Positions 60,893-64,000 of a stretch of 64,000 nucleotides of DNA are shown here, piece after piece. Positions within the stretch are counted from its first letter, which is position 1. Each line of letters begins with the position of its first letter. Both the position numbers and the translations under genes were made by a program. The notes under the pieces are model-generated. The model saw only the letters and a program-made list of their open reading frames with translations. It was not told where the DNA came from and ran no database searches. The stretch is from positions 1-64,000 of the IMG/VR virus record IMGVR_UViG_3300045988_135589; one strand, given 5' to 3'. Source of the stretch: a virus.

Positions 60893-63800
60893 CTAATTGT
60901 CAGTGACGCCTTTAATGCGAAGTTGTATATTGGGAAGCACGGCATTAATCAAAGCCATTTTCTTATCCTCTTCGCTTTCTTTTTCATGCTGTTTATACAT
61001 CATGCTGTAATCGCTGTCATCACCATCCTTTTTCCCGTCTAACGTCAGTAAATGATTTACGATGTCCTTACCATACGTTTCAGTCCATGTACGGAATCTA
61101 TCTTCCTCGGACTGTCTCTCCGGGGACGGAGCTTCCGGGTTAGGGAGGGCGGCTGCCACTTCTACCTCTGGAAGTGTTACCGATGCTGCTATTTCTCCAT
61201 CATCTCCGAATCCCATTTGACCATACGAGGATACGGAATTTTCTTCAATATCCAAACCAAGATTTTTAGCAACTTCCATAGCATAGTTATAACGGTCATC
61301 GTTTCGTATCACACTTTTATGAGGGCGTCCTGCCCCTTGGTTCCAAGCTACTACAGCATCCTTAAGGTTATCGGCGTTCATAAAATCCTGCCGGCTGTAG
61401 TTGTAATACCCTGGTCCTTTTTTCCCTTTTCTTGTGTATAAGAAATTAGAATATCCGGTTTTCCCTTCGTATTCGTCAGCTAAGAACTCAAGTTGGTCTT
61501 TGAATGTGGGTGTAGAATGACCTTTCTTTTTGGCGTGCTTGAACAACTTATCCATGCGCTCATTATGCCATTGTTGTATGCCGTATGATGTTCTGTTGTC
61601 TCCATATATGTCATCTTTAAGACCGGATTCAGCCATGAGGTTACCTATGATGGCGAGCGCCTGTATCTTAGACATGCCTCTCTTATTAGTAAAGTAATCA
61701 TATGCTTCACGCTGCTTGCCAATTACGCCACCTTCTTCAGCAAACACAATGCTTTTACTCGGTTTATCGTTTTCATAGAAATACATGAATTTCCTACTTG
61801 GAATCCTGTGTGATGCATCTTTCGGATCTCCGTATTCTTTTTTATGATCAATAAAACGAAAACCAGCTTTGTATGGAGTAAGCTTCCCTCCGTTTCTTTT
61901 CTTTTCTTTTTTAGGATCAGCAATCCTATCCCCTACATAGTAGGCCCCTAATCCCACCGAGGCGTGATCTGTTATCCATTTGGCAGCCTTTTTATAGTCT
62001 GATATGGATTCAAAATATTCTTTCATCTCATTATCATACCCATAATCCTTCAAGTAATTTCTGGCTGCATATTCTAACATTTCAGGCGTCACTTCTTGAG
62101 CATCATCGGTCAAACCAAAATAATTTTTAATCTGAGTTCCTCTGGCCGCCATTTCCGTAAAATGATCCTCTTTGAAATAATCTTTTACTTCATCATCATC
62201 TATCTTATTCAAATCAAATCCGTTTTTATCTGCGCCTGAATCTGGATAATGAATTTTGTGTTCCACTTCGTGACTTTTCACAAAATTCTCTACATCCTTG
62301 TTAGATATATTGGGGTTTCCTTCGAGAAATAAATCAATGAACTTATCAACGTTTTTAGACCTGATTATATTTCCATTTAATACCCCATATCCAGATATTT
62401 CATCTATTATCTCCCTTATCTCATCATCAGAGTATTCATCTCCTAAAAAATACTTTGCATCCCTGAAAACTTTCGGATCATCCCAATCATATATGTTGGT
62501 ATCAAGCATATCCGGATCTGGCTCCCCATTTTTCATCCTTAACTTCTCCCCAGTAAGCCTTTCATAGGCTCCAGAGAAAAGTCGCTTTTTATGATTTTCC
62601 CATGCCTCGCCTATAGGAGATGCTGGTTTAGCATATTCAGGCAACGATCCTAAAAGTTCTTTATCTCTTTGAGATAGTTTTTTAGTAGCTCTTTTCGCTT
62701 GCATTGCTTTTTTCGATATACCTCCTACAAAAGGAATAAGACCCATAGCGGCCATAACCATTCCAAGCGCATCTCTATCTATGAAAGAATCATACGCATC
62801 CTTGACGTCCATTATATCACCTACTACAGGAACGCCTCCAGCTACAATTTCGTTTATATTCACGCCATCAACAGGGATCGTACCATAATTAGCATTTTCA
62901 TTTATTCCGCTTGACCCTACTGATGTATTATCCTTAGATGCAATGTACCTATATTTAGATCCGTTTTCTTCATCTACGGCTCCTCCTTCTTTTTTTATAT
63001 TGGTATTGTATCTCTTTCCATTCCATGTAAATTCCTTAAGACCTCTTTTCCTGGCTTCTTTAAAGGCTTCGCCTCTTGTAGTGGAAATCGGGTCTTGTAA
63101 TTCAAGATCGTTTTTTATGTCAAGAATAGCATCAATAATACTATTATTCTTTTTATCAGCATCATCTGAATTATTAACATTATCCGTAACATAAGATTGG
63201 CTTATCAAGTTTGATACGCTCTTTCTGTTTTTATAAGTTCCTTCTTTATCTGATGGAGCTTCAAAAGCATATACAAGTGGATACGAATAATCTGTATCTG
63301 GATCTTCTGACATAAATTCGTTTACTGCATGAATGGCTTTATCATATTTAGTATCCTTTATACTATACATCCCAGCATCTTGAACATGATCATAAAATCT
63401 GTCTATCATATAGTTGATATATCCACGCTTATCGCTCTTAAATCTCTCTTTATCTCTTTCAAACTCTTTTGGCGGATATCTTTTGTAATATTCTTGAAAA
63501 AGTCCCCTAAATTTTCCATCCTCAGATATAGCGTAGGGGTTTCCACCAGATTCTTCAATAATATTTCCAAGTACGGCTTCTATCTGGCGTTGATTAAAAC
63601 CTTTATCATATAAAGCATCATAGATCATATTCACCCCTTCTACGTCCATAGTACGATGCTTACCCTTACCCACACGCTTCATATTTTCATATTTGGATTT
63701 GAATAAATCCCAATCTATTTCCGGCTTAGAAGAATCCCCTCCTTGTTTTTTGGATCTTATCTCCATCCTTTTATCCAAATCATTCTTTGAATCAATAATG

Positions 63801-63991
63801 GATCTAAACAGGATCTTGTTTGGATCATTCTCTTCGTATGGGATTTTATCTTCTACATAATCCCTTATTTCAAAAGGATATCCTATTGTATCAAGAGTCT
63901 TAGTAACAACCCCAACACCAAAAGGCTGATCGCTTCTATAAAAATCGTACTTATCTTTCACAACCATCCTACCTCTATCATCACGGTACAT
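60893..63991 (-). CDS. virion protein with two SLT-like lytic transglycosylase motifs (1032 aa; N-terminus at window edge)
   Basis: The first motif is LGNIIEESGGNPYAISEDGKFRGLFQ. The second is IIGNLMAESGLKDDIYGDNRTSYGIQQW. Each has an ES...G(L/I)xQ pattern typical of family-1 lytic transglycosylases. By analogy it is probably an ejected peptidoglycan-degrading internal or tail protein. Confidence 0.55.
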   Translation of the reverse strand: MYRDDRGRMVVKDKYDFYRSDQPFGVGVVTKTLDTIGYPFEIRDYVEDKIPYEENDPNKILFRSIIDSKNDLDKRMEIRSKKQGGDSSKPEIDWDLFKSKYENMKRVGKGKHRTMDVEGVNMIYDALYDKGFNQRQIEAVLGNIIEESGGNPYAISEDGKFRGLFQEYYKRYPPKEFERDKERFKSDKRGYINYMIDRFYDHVQDAGMYSIKDTKYDKAIHAVNEFMSEDPDTDYSYPLVYAFEAPSDKEGTYKNRKSVSNLISQSYVTDNVNNSDDADKKNNSIIDAILDIKNDLELQDPISTTRGEAFKEARKRGLKEFTWNGKRYNTNIKKEGGAVDEENGSKYRYIASKDNTSVGSSGINENANYGTIPVDGVNINEIVAGGVPVVGDIMDVKDAYDSFIDRDALGMVMAAMGLIPFVGGISKKAMQAKRATKKLSQRDKELLGSLPEYAKPASPIGEAWENHKKRLFSGAYERLTGEKLRMKNGEPDPDMLDTNIYDWDDPKVFRDAKYFLGDEYSDDEIREIIDEISGYGVLNGNIIRSKNVDKFIDLFLEGNPNISNKDVENFVKSHEVEHKIHYPDSGADKNGFDLNKIDDDEVKDYFKEDHFTEMAARGTQIKNYFGLTDDAQEVTPEMLEYAARNYLKDYGYDNEMKEYFESISDYKKAAKWITDHASVGLGAYYVGDRIADPKKEKKRNGGKLTPYKAGFRFIDHKKEYGDPKDASHRIPSRKFMYFYENDKPSKSIVFAEEGGVIGKQREAYDYFTNKRGMSKIQALAIIGNLMAESGLKDDIYGDNRTSYGIQQWHNERMDKLFKHAKKKGHSTPTFKDQLEFLADEYEGKTGYSNFLYTRKGKKGPGYYNYSRQDFMNADNLKDAVVAWNQGAGRPHKSVIRNDDRYNYAMEVAKNLGLDIEENSVSSYGQMGFGDDGEIAASVTLPEVEVAAALPNPEAPSPERQSEEDRFRTWTETYGKDIVNHLLTLDGKKDGDDSDYSMMYKQHEKESEEDKKMALINAVLPNIQLRIKGVTDN

Positions 63992-64000
63992 GGTAAAACT

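Noticed and set aside
60238-61100. Diversity-generating retroelement (TR/VR pair plus RT) involving the 372-aa ORF
   Set aside because: The 372-aa protein lacks RT motifs other than a lone FIGDD (no QGxxxSP, no motif A context). No near-identical TR/VR repeat was found between the 3' end of the 1032-aa gene and the non-coding region.
1-64000. CRISPR array / cas genes accompanying the IscB
   Set aside because: No run of regularly spaced direct repeats of 24-48 bp was seen anywhere. The only repeated structured element is the two-copy omega-RNA-like scaffold, which is non-tandem and 13 kb apart.

Overview
The window looks like a dsDNA phage genome segment that is AT-rich, apart from a few GC-rich islands. 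Its promoter-like boxes fit the Bacteroidota TAnnTTTG -7 consensus, which suggests a Bacteroidota host. The layout is convergent. Bases 1-31217 are densely packed with small + strand genes typical of an early/replication region. These include a DnaB-like helicase, an SF2 helicase, a primase-like protein, two PD-(D/E)XK nucleases, a KilA-N-like protein and many short zinc-ribbon proteins. Bases 31338-64000 are a - strand virion/structural block. It holds two giant ORFs of 2140 and 2110 aa, further ORFs of 751, 1019, 951 and 1032 aa, and a small three-member paralog family. A bidirectional hairpin at 31222-31264 separates the two blocks.

The most unusual content is OMEGA-type. An apparently intact IscB nuclease (9791-11017) has PLMP-like, RuvC-I/II/III, arginine-rich bridge and HNH signatures. 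It sits directly behind a roughly 240-nt non-coding scaffold that I interpret as its omega-RNA. A second, IscB-less copy of that scaffold lies at about 22475-22730. It is roughly 75-80% identical to the first, shows compensatory stem changes, and carries a completely different 5' guide-like segment. A degenerate TnpB C-terminal relic sits at about 17880-18226.

Other notable items are listed here.
- An ACP - NfeD - flotillin (SPFH) gene module at 19789-22257.
- Three hairpins with covarying stems and an identical 11-nt loop (GACYGAAGGGA) in a GC-enriched non-coding region at 60440-60760, next to an unknown 372-aa ORF inside the structural block.
- A GC-rich structured island at 1440-1960.
- An RG/RGG-rich low-complexity ORF.
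- An AT-rich KilA/Bro-N–T5orf172 gene followed by a 700-bp non-coding gap.

All functional calls rest on motifs I could read by eye. I could run no database searches.
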